Shown: piece after piece, positions 1-13,620 of the stretch
Layout of the letters: every line of letters begins with the position of its first letter
How positions within the stretch are numbered: the first letter of the stretch is position 1
NCBI GenBank assembly: GCA_951406725.2
Contig: OX597818.1
Location: 57,040,001 to 57,104,000 of the forward strand
DNA: 64,000 nucleotides
Direction of reading: 5' to 3'
Source of the DNA: Octopus vulgaris
Taxonomy: Eukaryota
Program-made: the position numbers and the translations under genes
Notes under the pieces: model-generated
Seen by the model: only the letters and a program-made list of their open reading frames with translations
Told to the model about the DNA's origin: nothing
Database searches by the model: none

Positions 1-48
1 ATATATGTTATCCCATGGAGGGTTGCACTTACAACCTCTATCTCAATT

Positions 49-83
<35 letters not shown>

Positions 84-144
84 CAGAATGAGATAACAAA
101 GCGAAGGCTGTGAGGAGATTTCAGGACATTTATAATGAAATAGT

Positions 145-188
145 CTTACAGCTGTTTCTGGGATATTATGGATATCCCTTCATCAGAG
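145..188 (-). ncRNA. Minimal type-I hammerhead ribozyme motif (PLE pLTR-type)
   Basis: Minus strand reads ct-CTGATGA-a-GGGATA-tccataa-TATCCC-a-GAAA-CAGCTG-TA-ag: canonical core, 6-bp stem II, palindromic stem III, GUA triplet; stem I only 2 bp. Element starts next to the (TA)n at 51-79. Confidence 0.6.
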
Positions 189-475
189 TTTGTCTGAGAA
201 AATATTTGAGTTTGAATTATAATGGAAAAGGAGGAGGTAGGGAATATAGAGGGAAATAAGAGAATGAAAGTAGAAATAATATATATAAAGATATTGTTGT
301 TACAGTTCCATTCTTCGAGGAAAATGGAGTGTAGAAGTGGTAAAAATGTTTCCTGTACAGGGTATGTAAGTTCCAATAGTAGGTCATGTTTAGTCATTTC
401 AAAGTATGGAGCTGTGGAATCGGTGTTGCTTGTTCAAAAGTGTTTTGTGGTGTCAATGAAAATTTGAGACTATAT

Positions 476-625
476 TGGCAGAAGCGTTGCACACCGGGCG
501 GAATGCATAGCCGTATTTTGTCTGCTGCTACGTTCTGAGTTCAAATTCTGCTGAGGTCGACTTTGCCTTTCATCCTTTCAGGGTCGGTAAATTAAGTACC
601 AGTTACGCACTGGGGTCGATGTAAA
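476..625 (+). mobile_element. tRNA-derived SINE with Meta-like domain (family A), 3'-truncated
   Basis: A-box TGGCAGAAGCG, B-box GAGTTCAAATTC, then gcctttcatcctttcagggtcggtaaattaagtaccag, shared with many copies in the window. Confidence 0.85.
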
Positions 626-779
626 TGGCCAATCATTAAATTATGTTTTCTTGAATAAATTTCAAAAGTAATAAATTAAAAAAAATATTATTGGATCATC
701 TTTGTTTACCAAAATTTTTGTTTGCAATTCTTCTTACCAATTTTTTGAGATTTCTTTTACTTTTTTTTCTAATTTCCAG

Positions 780-833
780 ACACCAAGATGGTTGTACTTG
801 CTATATAATGAAGATTAATAAAGGGCAAATAAG
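780..833 (+). CDS. Candidate 54-nt internal exon (HQDGCTCYIMKINKGQI-R), unknown gene
   Basis: Polypyrimidine tract and ttccAG acceptor, AAG|GTAACA donor, one open frame (phase 2/2). No homology recognised. Confidence 0.3.
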
Positions 834-1362
834 GTAACATCAAAATGTAAGTTGGCATGAAATTTGTAACACCCTAGTAAGAATGAAGGAATCCTACAAC
901 AAAAGAATTCTCTAGAAAACAGGATTTACCAAATTGTATCATATTGATGTTCACTCCAATACATACATACATACATAAACATACACACACACACACACAT
1001 ACACACACATATTTATATATACACATATATATGTATGTACGCATGTATATATATATGTATGCATAAATATATACATATATGCACATACATATCTATTCAG
1101 TGTTGACTGTTGGGAGAAAAAAGTACTCCATACAATAGTAGTGGTTATCATCTTTATTTTGGTCGAGTTATTTTCTTGCTAGTCCGAGTTTTACCTGTGG
1201 GTACATAAGATCTTAAAGGCAAGTGATGACATGGTGTAACTTGCCTGAAGACTCTGTGCACTGACAGCAAAACACAACAGCAAGAGACTGACTCGGCCAA
1301 AATAAATTATTTATGTATATAATAATAGTTTAAAAGAGCTTTACATGACTTAAAGTTTTGTG

Positions 1363-1463
1363 GGCATGTAGGATACGTCTGATCATCTGATGAGTGTTAT
1401 GATCCTAATGTGTACATGAAACTTTAAATTATGTGGAAGCGAGTCAAACTGTCAAACTGTTAT
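1363..1463 (+). repeat. ~100-bp local duplication (copy 1; copy 2 at 2970-3071) carrying a decayed HHR
   Basis: ggcatgtaggatacgtctgatcatCTGATGAgtgt...acatGAAActttaaattatg is near-identical at both sites. An older inverted copy at ~1337-1374 keeps ctttaagTCatg. Confidence 0.8.
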
Positions 1464-1528
1464 GTAAATGCATGTCACTCTAACCAAATGGGTTGATTGC
1501 TACTTTTTTCCTTTGTTCAATGACTTGT

Positions 1529-1603
<75 letters not shown>

Positions 1604-1774
1604 CACATATATGTGTATGTATATATGTGTGTATATGTTTGTGTATATATATATACATATACATATATATGTGTGTGCATATACATGAACATATATGCAT
1701 ATATATGAATATGAATATATATATATACATATGTAAATATGTATATATTTATATTTACATGTACATATATATAC

Positions 1775-1811
<37 letters not shown>

Positions 1812-2496
1812 CATACACACACAAAATGTATAATTTTAAAAATTGAAAATTATAAATTACCAAAAATATTGAAGAAAAACCCAACTGTAAATTACTCAAA
1901 TAATTGTGTCTTTTTTCCATACCTAAAGATATCCCAGCTATTTTTTCTTGTCTGGTGTAAATTTTTGGTTTTGAAATCCAATTTTTATATGGAATGTCAT
2001 TCTTTGTTTCTCAGGTATACGTTAGCTGTTGTATTAACTTGGAAGCAATTTTCAAACAGATTTGTGCAAAATATTTTTATCCCTGTTGTCAAAGTCAGAA
2101 AAAAAAAATTCTATTTATTGATGTACATTATATTTTGAAAACCCCATCCAAACCCTCCTCCAAAATTGTGACCTTGATATATATATATATATATATTTAT
2201 ATATACTCAGTGGATTAACAGGGATACCAATGGTTTCATGTAGGGCAATCTCTTAACAATTATCAACCCTGCCACACGAGAGAGTTGGTAATCGTTTCCA
2301 TTTTGATATTCTCATCCAAAACAGTGATGAACACCAATGTTTGCATATGCCAGGCTTGATAATTATTAAGAGATTTCTCTTTACCTGAAACTGTTGGTAG
2401 TCTTGTAAACCCACATATAAAGTGTATATATATATACATGCATATACTTACACATATGCATATATGTATATATATAACTGTATATATATATTTGCA

Positions 2497-2646
2497 CTCC
2501 TCTTTCCAAAGTGCACCCACCTCTGACACATACAAGTTTATTTTAGGGGACATTTGCTCACCCATATCCACATATTCACCTGCACATTTGAGGGATAAAA
2601 CCAAGCCATTAAAAATGCTTTCACCCAGGCTCACATCCATTAAAAG
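2497..2646 (-). pseudogene. Decayed Penelope-like RT fragment
   Basis: LLMDVSLGESIFNG...GEYVDMGEQMSPKINLYV resembles the PLE RT motif L..L....F.FNG..Y.Q..G.AMG.P.SP..ANLYM. Confidence 0.4.
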
Positions 2647-2674
2647 TTGCACTTACGTTATGTATATATGTAAG

Positions 2675-2726
<52 letters not shown>

Positions 2727-3254
2727 TGTGTGGGCGTGTGTATGCACATATGTGTGTGTGTGTGGGGGGGAATTTTGGTAACCCTGTGTGGTCGTCATAC
2801 TGATTGTTGCCCCCTTTTTAAGCCTTCTGTATCTTTGATTTCAACAATTTCAATTGTAAAAGCAGCCTCCTTGTGTGGTTGACACTACCCACACTCTCCA
2901 TGCTATACCACTGAAAGGAATTACATACATTCATACATAGATACATACATAACACAATGGAAAAAAACAGGCATGTAGGATACGTCTGATCATCTGATGA
3001 GTGTTATGATCCTAATGTTGTACATGAAACTTTAAATTATGTGGAAGCAAGTCAAACTGTCAAACTGTTATAGGAGTTTATTTGCCCTAATTTTAGGCTG
3101 ATTTCTATAGACAATAAATGGTGAGAGCTTATAAATCTATTTACAGAAATTTGACTCACCACTGCTTCCCAATTCACACACACACACACACATACAGAGT
3201 TGTCTAAGAATCCATAAGTCAGAAAAAAATATGTACTATATTTGTCAAAAGAAT

Positions 3255-4268
3255 GGGTATATTAATCAAAGTATACAATGTTATATCTATAGATTCATTT
3301 CAGCTGATCTTATCAATGAGTTTTGCACTTGGTATTAGATAACCAGGTATTAGATAACAGGGTAGTTATGTAACACCATGTGCTCTTCAGAGTTGACAGG
3401 TATGCAAAAAATATGGTGACTGCTCTGATTCATGGGTGCTGAAAATATATGCAGTAAGGTTTTAAGGGATTGGTATGTGTGTAAGGTTTGTGTAAGTGCA
3501 GGGATTCTTTGGGGATGGAATGACGACTTGGGGTTTTAGGCACATGTCTAAAAATTTAAGTCCTTGTTTGAGAACATGTGTATGTTTTAGTTAAAGGACT
3601 TTACTAGGCTCTCAGGGTGTGATGGTAGGAGGGGTTTTGGTGTAGAACCTAGGGAATGTAGTCATGGTGGGGCCCATAATTAAGGAAAATATGTACCTTC
3701 TCTCATGTGGGCATGGGCTGAAACTCTCATTTCTGTAGTTTAGGTAGATGTCCAGGTGCTGAGGAATTTTTATATGATTCTGTTTTTTTGGTTAAATGTA
3801 ACCTGCATTTTCAGCAGCTATTAAAATATGGCTTTACTTCTTTAAGATTTTCCACAAGATATTGTAGTCTGTAACACTTCTATTTACTGGCTTCACAAGC
3901 ATCTTTCCTGGATATTGATAGACTTATGGTTGTTGAATCTGGTCTTGAAAAGATCTTCTGTCGCACCTACATACTTCTGTACATTTGACTGCCTAGTGGT
4001 GCCCTCTCATGTTACCTCGACCTTATATACTACTATTTTTGTCTTGCAGTGACCATTATGTATCCACACTAACTGGATATGACATTTTTCACCTCCAATA
4101 TCAGAGAGCAGTCTCCATATTTTTTTCCTTACCTACCATCTCTGAAGATCATGTCGTCTTAGCTAATTGCCCTGTTTTCTTATATCTAATTAACTGATGC
4201 TCAGTGCAAAGACAAATTGGTAAGATTGGCAGAAATGGATCTATAATACTCTATACTTTGATCAATAT
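3255..4268 (-). mobile_element. 5'-truncated Penelope-like element: GIY-YIG endonuclease remnant between inverted pLTR-like ends
   Basis: Minus strand ~4060-3680 (stops, frameshifts): NGHCKTKIVVYKVEVT*...KYVGATEDLFKTRFNNHKS...YNILWKIL...KPYFNSC*KCRL...LNYRNESFSPCPHERRY. ~3255-3340 and ~4190-4268 are diverged inverted repeats with CTGATGC...GAAA remnants. Confidence 0.8.
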
Positions 4269-4271
4269 ATA

Positions 4272-4484
4272 TATCTGTAAATGTAATATATAAGAAATTA
4301 TTCGGTAGCCAAGATAAAACTCTGAGTTTCGGATGCCGAGGTGGAAATCCATGCCACCATCTCTTCAGTTATCCGATAGCCATATAACTGAAGAGATGGT
4401 GGTGTGGATTTCCACCTCGGCATCCGAAACTCAGAGTTTTATCTTGGCTACAGAATAATTTCTTATATATTACATTTACAGATA
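4272..4484. repeat. Near-perfect fold-back (~101-bp arms, 11-nt loop) with a full HHR in each arm
   Basis: tatctgtaaatgtaat...ctcttcagttat [ccgatagccat] ataactgaagag...attacatttacagata, followed by a short tail and (TA)n. Confidence 0.95.
4384..4442 (+). ncRNA. Minimal hammerhead ribozyme motif (mirror copy on minus strand ~4314-4372)
   Basis: ATAA-CTGAAGA-GATG(ggtgg/ccacc inner stem)CATC-c-GAAA-CTcagAG-TT-TTAT; stem I ATAA/TTAT. Confidence 0.7.
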
Positions 4485-5143
4485 AATTCCTCTATTTACA
4501 TAATATCGAGGTGTCTTTCTTTCTTTTGTTATCTTACCGTTTTTATAACTATATATATATATATACACACACACACACATATATGTATACATACATATAT
4601 GTATATATATATGTATATATATATATATATATACACAGACACATCTATTTATATGCACACACCCTCATGAACACATTATTTCCAATAAGAAACATTACCT
4701 GCATAAGGCTTATGTCTGTCAAAAGACGGTAACCAGTTCTGCTTTATTATAAGAAAGCCACCCCATGGTTTGTTCCAGCCATTCCATGAACAATTTACAG
4801 CAAGGTGTATGTTGTGTACCAGTGGTGACTGTCCCTCCATTCCTTAAACTACAGCATATTCAAATGAGAATTATAATGGAAGTTAGTCAAATTTTGTGTT
4901 TTTTTTACAGATGTTTTTTGTAAAATTGTAATGTTCTGCTCAGCTGAACTTGAAAGATGTCAAGTTTTTTTTTCTCATTTTTATAAACTACAAAAGTATA
5001 TTTTATCAAAATTGCTCCAGTATGGACTTTTGTGCTGAGACTGCTGGTTTTAAAATGTAAAAAAAACCCCCTAAAAAACCCAAATATGACAACAGAACAT
5101 TGAAACAATACTTCACTTTATTATTTTCAAAGTATTTCTGTTA

Positions 5144-5182
<39 letters not shown>

Positions 5183-5212
5183 TTATTATTGTTATTATTA
5201 TTATTATTATTA

Positions 5213-5275
<63 letters not shown>

Positions 5276-5432
5276 CATCATTATTATTATTATCATTATT
5301 ATTAATATATAAAGGATTGAGGTAACTCCTCCAGAAGATATAGAGTCAAAATTAAAAGAAGAGTGCCATCTAGTGAACGATATTACATCTTGTGTATCTT
5401 CATCATTATCATCATCATCATCATCATCATCA

Positions 5433-5475
<43 letters not shown>

Positions 5476-5691
5476 CATTATATTGGAGGCTGTTAGAATT
5501 GTTAGTACACCAGATGAAATGCTCAGCGGTATTTCTCCCGTTACTACGTATTAAGTTCATCTTCTGCTGAGGTTGACTTTGCCTTTCACCCTTTCGGGGT
5601 CAATTAAACAAGTACCAGTTAGACACTGGGGTCAATGCAATCGACTCATCCCCTCCACCAAAATGGCTGCCCTTGTGGCAAATTTAGAAAC

Positions 5692-5730
<39 letters not shown>

Positions 5731-6079
5731 TATTATTATATAAGGCGGGAGCTAGCAGAATCATTAGCAAACCAGGTGAGATGCCTAGTGGTATTTCTCC
5801 CGTTGCTACATTTTGAATTCAGGTTCCGCCGAGGTCGACTTTGCCTTTCATCCTTTTTGGGGTTGATAAATTAAGTACCAGTTGAATTCTGGGGTCGATG
5901 TAATTGACTTAACCCTTTCCCCACTTATTTCCGGCCTGGTGCCTATAATAGAAAGGATTATTATTATTATTACTATTATTATTATTGCTGTTATTATTAT
6001 TTATGGGTTTTTCTTCTTCTTTCAAATTTGCTTCCATTTCTTGCTGGGTGTCTTCCCGACTCCTAGGGCAAAGAAACTC

Positions 6080-6127
<48 letters not shown>

Positions 6128-6597
6128 GGTGGCAAACTGGCCAGAATCATTGGAAGCTGGAGAAACTGCTTAGTGACATTTCATCTGCCTTTACATTCTG
6201 AGTTCAAATTCTGCCGAGGTCAACTTTGCCTTTCATCCTTTCGGGGTTGATAAAATAAGTACCAGTTGAATACTGGGGTCGATGTAATCGACTTAGTCCC
6301 ACCTCTGAAATTGCTGTCCTTGTGCCAGAGTTTGAAACCATGATTATTTTTATGATTACATGAAGGTTGCGAGCTGACCAAGCAGCATTTCATCTGCTTT
6401 TACATCCCGAGTTCAAATTTCACCTTGGTGGACTTCACCTTTCATCCATTTGAGGTTGATAGAATAAATACCAGTTCAGCCCTGGGGGTCTGTGTAATTG
6501 ACTTACTCCCTTGCTTGAAATTCTGGCCTTGTGCCCCAAATTTGAAACCATGATTTTTATTATTATTATTATTATTGTTGTTATTATTATTATTATT

Positions 6598-7050
6598 GAG
6601 TGAGAGAGCAGTGCATGCCATCAAAGTGACACTGGGGTAAAATATACGAAGCCCAATATACCCATCATGACTACCCGTCTGATAAAGGTACACCAGGCAC
6701 ATGCATCACAACCATATATGCACGACATGGTGATCTCATATCAAGATAAACAGCACATGACCTTGCAGGTGCGGCCCAGTTAGAATTTTCTTCTGGTTGA
6801 GTAGCCCATCCCGCTCAAAAGGTCCCTGAATAAGGGTTGTTTAAGGGTGTTGAACGAAACACCCATCTTTCCAGAGGTGAATTATTCAAACCCCAAAGAA
6901 TCCCTCTCAACACATGGCTATGATGCTCCCCCACTACTTCTGCTCGTGATCAGAGATGCACATATCGTCAGCCACTAAGGGACATGCTCAACTGGTTAAG
7001 GTCAAACAACTGACAAGCAAATCTGTGGTATTGAGCAGAATATTTGCTGT
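6598..7050. mobile_element. Unclassified ~450-bp insertion within (ATT)n
   Basis: Complex, higher-GC block bounded on both sides by ATT repeats; no motif recognised. Confidence 0.4.
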
Positions 7051-7535
7051 TATTATTATTATTATTATTATTAAGGTGGTGAGCTGGCAGAATCGTTAGC
7101 ATGCTGGATGAAATGCTTAGCGGTGTCTCACCTGTCGCTACGTTCTGAGTTCAAATCCTGCTTAGACTGTGTTTGCCTTTCAGCCTTTCGGGGTCGATAA
7201 ATTAAGTACCAGGTGCGTACTGGAGTCGATCTAACCCACTGGACCTCGTCCCCCAAAATTTCAAGCCTTGTGCCTAGAATAGAAAAAATTATTGTTATTA
7301 TTATTATTATTATTATTATATGAGGTGGTGAGCTGGCAGAATTGTTAGCACACTGGATGAAATGCTTAGTGATATTTCGTTCGTCACTACATTCTGGGCC
7401 CAAATTCCGCCGAGGTCAACTTTGCCTTTCAGCCTTTCGGGGTCGATAAATTAAGTACCAGTTGCGTACTGGGTTCGATCTAATTGACAGGCCCCATCCC
7501 CTAAAATTTCAGGCCTTGTATCTATAGTAGAAAGG

Positions 7536-7568
<33 letters not shown>

Positions 7569-7609
7569 TATTATTATTATTATTATTATTTATTATTATT
7601 ATTATTATA

Positions 7610-8015
7610 GGCGCAGGAGTGGGTGTGTGGTAAGTAGCTTGCTAACCAACCACATGGTTCCGGGTTCAGTCCCACTGCGTGGCATCTTGGGAAAGTGTCT
7701 TCTGCTATAGCCCCGGGCTGACCAATGCCTTGTGAGTAGATTTGGTAGACGGAAACTGAAAGAAGCCTGTCGTATATATGTATATATATATATGTGTGTG
7801 TGTTTGTGTGTCTGTGTTTGTCCCCCTAGCATTGCTTGACAACCGATGCTGGTGTGTTTATGTCCCCGTCACTTAGCGGTTCGGCAAAAGAGACCGATTG
7901 AATAAGTACTGGGCTTACAAAGAATAAGTCCCGGGGTCGATTTGCTCGACTAAAGGCGGTGCTCCAGGATGGCCGCAGTCAAATGACTGAAACAAGTAAA
8001 AGAGTAAAAGAGAGA
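7610..8015 (+). mobile_element. tRNA-derived SINE family B (CORE-like box, internal TA/TG microsatellite), full length
   Basis: ggcgcaggagtgggtgtgtggtaag...gggttcagtccc...cttgggaaagtgtctt...ggtagacggaaactgaaagaagc...tail aagtaaaagag. Related copies: 19070-19490(+), 24720-25085(-), 33707-33940(-), 35762-36232(-), 41270-41815(-), 43893-44315(+), 45980-46420(-), 54682-55502(-), 58800-59138(-). Confidence 0.9.
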
Positions 8016-8542
8016 GTAAGGTGGCAAGCTGGCAGAATCGTTAGCAGGTTGGACAAAATGCTTAGCAGTATCTCACCTGTTGCTACGTTCTGAGTTCAAA
8101 TTCCATCGAGGTTGACTTTACCTTTCATCCTTTCAGGGTTGATAAAATAAGCACCAGTTGAACACTGGGGTCGATGTAATTGACTCATCCCCTCGCCTCA
8201 AATTACTGCCCTTGTGGCAAAATTTGAACCCTTATTATTATTATTATTATTATTATTATCATTATTATTATTATTATTATTGTTATTATTATCATTATTG
8301 CTATTATCATTATCATTATCATTATGAAAAAGGTGGTCTAGCTGACAGAATCGCTTGTGCGCCAGGCAAAATGCTTAGTGGAATTTCGTCTGCCCTTACG
8401 TTCTGAGTTCAAATTCTGCTGAGGTCAACTTTGTCTTTCATCCTTTCGGGGTCGATAAATTAAGTACCAGTTGAAGACTGGGGTCAATGTAATCGACTCA
8501 TCCCCAGCTACCCCAAGCTGTCCTTGTGGCAAAATTTGAAAC

Positions 8543-8618
<76 letters not shown>

Positions 8619-9001
8619 TTGAAGGTGGCGAGCTGGCCAAAATCATTAACATATTAGACATCTATCTTTATGTTCTGAGTTCAAACTCCACTGAGGTCGA
8701 CTTTGCCTTTCATCCTTTCAGGGTCAGTTAAATAAGTACCAGTTACGCACTGGGGTTGATGTAATCGACTAGTCTCCTCCCCAAAATTTCAGGCCTTGTG
8801 CCCTTAGTAAAAAGGATTATTATTACTATCATTATTATTATCATTGTTATTGTTATTATTATTATTATCATTATCATTATTATTATTATTCATTATTATT
8901 ATTATATGAGGTGATGAGCTGGTAGAATCGTTAGCACACCGGATGAACTGCTTAGTGGTATTTCGTTCGTTGCTATGTTCTGAGCTCAAATTCACCTGAG
9001 G

Positions 9002-9035
<34 letters not shown>

Positions 9036-10643
9036 CATTATTATTATGTTCTTTTTTAAAAATTTTTTTGTATATATTCTTGATTTCTGCAAGTCTACAA
9101 AGATTTCTCTTTCTAATCTACTGGTATCTCCTAACATTCAAAAGAATCAACTCTTTTGAAATTCCATGATTGGAAAAAAAACATGATTCACTTTAACGTT
9201 TGAAGAAAAAAAAAAATTCAGCAGAATATAAAAACAAATACTATTATATTGTTTTTCATTTTTTTATTTTTTACTTTTGTTGTTCTGTTACAGTCTATTG
9301 GTATTTTTTTCCTCAATCTTCCCCCCCCCCCATCTTGGTTAAGCAGAGCCTAGATTGATTTGGTAAAGTTCCAATTTTTATTTTGATAGTGAAATATCAC
9401 TATACAACAAACACCCCCCCCATCCACACCAAAAAAAAATTTATAAAAATGCCAAAAAAAAAAAAAATCCCCCACAAATAACAAAACCAGATTTTTTGAA
9501 TTTGATGTTTGTAATTATGTTTTGGTAATGTTACCTTTGCAAATTCTTTGAGAATTCATACGAATGTGTGTTTCAGAAATCAAATCTGAGAGATTTAAAA
9601 TCATATTTAAAACTGGATTCTTTCATTTTATTGTATTTTTTTCTTAAAACTATTTTTCTTTATGATTTACTAAATTTAAAAAAAAACAAAATAATGATAT
9701 TGTTTTCTGTAATTCTAAATCATTTTTCTATTTCTTAAATAATATTTGCTTATTGTTTTTTTGATAATTAATTTCATTCCCTATCTTCCCCACACCCGAA
9801 TGTTAATATTTAATTACAACAATTTCAGTTTAATAAATATTCTTTATCTTATCATTTAAAAAAATAATTAATATTGATCCCAAAAAGTCACTTTATTTCA
9901 ACAAAATTTATCACAACCAGAAAAAAACCTCCAGGGTATTTACATAGTTGTTGATATTCATCTAAAATAAACAAACACACACACACACACACACAACACA
10001 CATTATATATATGTATAAATATATAATATGTATATCATATGTATATATATATGATATGCACCAGATGGCATTTGCTAAAAAGCATTCGTGAAGTAAAATC
10101 ATGTAGCAACACCAAATGGCGGTGCCCCAGCATGGCCACAGCTTGTGAGCTGAAACTAAATAAAATAAAAATAAAATAACATGGTCACACACACACACAT
10201 ATATATATACATATATACACATACACACACACATCATTTAATGAATTTCAAAAGACCTGCCATCAGCTTAAGGTGTTTCTTGTGCAAGAAGCATTTGGTA
10301 TCAAGCTGAGTGACTTCATTTAAATGGCTCTGAGGAAGCTATTGGATGTCACATAAGCACTCATCTTTGAACGTTAGGCTTCTTAAAGCTGAAACAGCTG
10401 TAAGCCAATGAAACTGATTTCTTAACTCTTGTTCTTTTGTCATTCATTAAATGATATTACACTGTATACTTACCTGATGCATTATTCTAATGCATAAGTG
10501 TATTGAGTTCTAACAACTGGTTATATATATATCAAAGTGCAGGTGAGGATATAAACCTCAGAAGGATAAAAATACCCAAGATTAGACTGGTTGAATATCT
10601 AACAATATAGGCACATACATATATACATATATATTATTAATAT

Positions 10644-11341
10644 TATAAAAAACCAAGAGAGAAGATGGAAATAAGATTAATGAAAGTTTATTAAAACATT
10701 GGCAAGATCAGACCTACAATTGTTTCAATATATCACTTCCAGCATAAAATCAACCAAATTAATTTAATTTAACTAAACAATTATCCATATTTTTGCATGG
10801 GTCTGTCTGCATAATCATTATTGTTATTTATATTAATTTATGAATATAACTATTTTTTTTTCGTAACTGTATCTGTTTTTATTGATGTATATATTTTTAA
10901 CTTTAATGGTACACCGTATTCTTCCTTTTTAATGATTTCATTATTTTTTAAATATGATAAATTTCTTTGTACATCATTCACTGAAGATATTCTCCCTTGT
11001 AGTAAGTAATTAACTATATTGATTTACGGAGATGTACTTGCATAGCGAGTGACTCGATCTGAGATCGTGTGCAGCACGAAGTTTTGTCAGTGAACAGGTT
11101 GCGGTCTCAAAGCGACAAAAATATTTTGACAAATTAAATTTAAATGTTGAAGTGAATCCAACGGTTCTTGTGTGTTTCTTAAATGGCTTATAAACACCTT
11201 CCACGCTAAATTGATTTAGTTAAATTAAATTAATTTTGGTTGAATTTTATGCTGCAAGTGATGAGTTGAAACAATTGTAGGTCTGGTCTTATCAATGTAT
11301 TAATAAACTTCTAATAATCTTATCTCCATTTTCTCCCTTGG

Positions 11342-11350
<9 letters not shown>
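10644..11350. repeat. Inverted repeat, ~140-bp arms (10644-10783 / 11209-11350), each with an HHR-like half GAAA-CAATTG-TA-ggtc
   Basis: The arms are diverged reverse complements and the unit abuts TA-rich tracts on both sides. No CTGANGA core visible. Confidence 0.75.
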
Positions 11351-12017
<667 letters not shown>

Positions 12018-12150
12018 AATGCTATTTTTATGGAACAAACAAACTACTCCTGGGATTAATTTTAAATTTGCCAGGAATAAAAATTAAAAAAAAAGAGAGA
12101 AAGAAAAGAAAAGAAAAGAAGAAGATGGAACCTTTTGTGTTCTGTTTCAG

Positions 12151-12181
12151 ATGTGACAATAAAGCTGTTGAAACTATTTAA
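12151..12181 (+). CDS. Candidate terminal coding exon (R-CDNKAVETI*) followed by an A/T-run-rich putative 3'UTR
   Basis: Acceptor ccttttgtgttctgtttcAG; phase 2 is compatible with the 780-833 exon; AATAAA motifs lie downstream. Unverified. Confidence 0.25.
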
Positions 12182-13094
12182 TGCTTATACTTATATATAA
12201 ATAAATAAAACACAGGTTTCTGTATATTGTTGAACGGATGAGTATGTTGGAAGTAACTGTTTTTACAAACGAAATGAAAGAAAAAAAAACAAAAAAAACG
12301 GCAGCTTCATGGAAACTGCATGTTTGAACCAACTCTGGGCTGAGCTGATTTCAAGTAGCAACAATTTTGCAGGAATTTACAACTTTGATAAAATAAACTT
12401 TGCTCCTAAAAGCACCATTGGTACCTGTTGCTCTGTTTTCTTTTTTTTTTTCTTTTCTTTCCAATTTTTCTTTTTTTTTTTTTTGAGACATCTTGAGAAA
12501 CTCTAAGACCAAACTGAACAGCAAGTGACAAAAAAAAAAGAAAAAAAAAATTTAAAAAATAATAAATAATTTAATTTAGAAAATTTATACAAAGGGTCCA
12601 TACAAAACATTTACTGCATTTCATAAAATATTTCGTTTGAATAGTGATTTTTTTTCCATGGTTCACAAAGAATATTACCATACGTGCCAATTTCACCCAT
12701 GATTGTGGTTGTTTTCAAGCATTTTTCTAAATATCTTCACGATTCCAGAAGTTGTTTATGTGTTTAGTTTGTTTGTTTTTTTAATTTTTTTTTCTTAAGT
12801 TATGCTTTTTCCATTCCTTAATGTTTCAAGACTATGTCAGAATTGCTATTGATTAAGAAATTAAAAAAAAAAAACAAATTATAAAAATAAAAATGAAGAA
12901 ACTGTATTTTCAGCATAAATATCAAATGATTTTTAAATTATGAGAAAAAAAAAAAAAAAATGGTACTCTAAAAAATTCTATTAATTTTGACATTTGATAG
13001 AATTATCATTCCGCTATTTGATTTTCTTTTCCAAATGTATAAATAATTTTTAATACAACTGGTTCATATTAGCTGTATACAAAGTTGCTTTTGA

Positions 13095-13124
13095 TATGTA
13101 TATATATATATATATGTGTATATA

Positions 13125-13212
<88 letters not shown>

Positions 13213-13310
13213 TATATATGTGTGTGTATATATATATATATAAATATATATATATAAATATATATGTGTGTGTGTGTATATATATATATAAATATATATA
13301 TATAAATATA

Positions 13311-13361
<51 letters not shown>

Positions 13362-13377
13362 GTATATATATATGTAT

Positions 13378-13411
<34 letters not shown>

Positions 13412-13506
13412 ATACATATACGTATACAGACATGTATATATACATATATACATATATATGTATATATATGTACATATATATGTATGTATATACATATATG
13501 TATATG

Positions 13507-13549
<43 letters not shown>

Positions 13550-13620
13550 GTACATGTACATATATATAAAAGATATATAAATACATACACACACAAACAC
13601 ACACACACATACACATATAC
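13095..13620. repeat. Compound (TA)n microsatellite
   Basis: Read directly. Confidence 0.97.

Larger units (their letters stand above)
5143..9047 (+). mobile_element. Cluster of ~10 co-oriented family-A SINEs (ATT-tailed variants) in (ATT)n/(ATC)n arrays
   Basis: Copies start near 5487, 5742, 6127, 6364, 7074, 7323, 8019, 8331, 8623 and 8908. Most end ...ccttgtgcc(tatagtagaaagg|aaaatttgaaacc) followed by (ATT)n. Confidence 0.9.
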
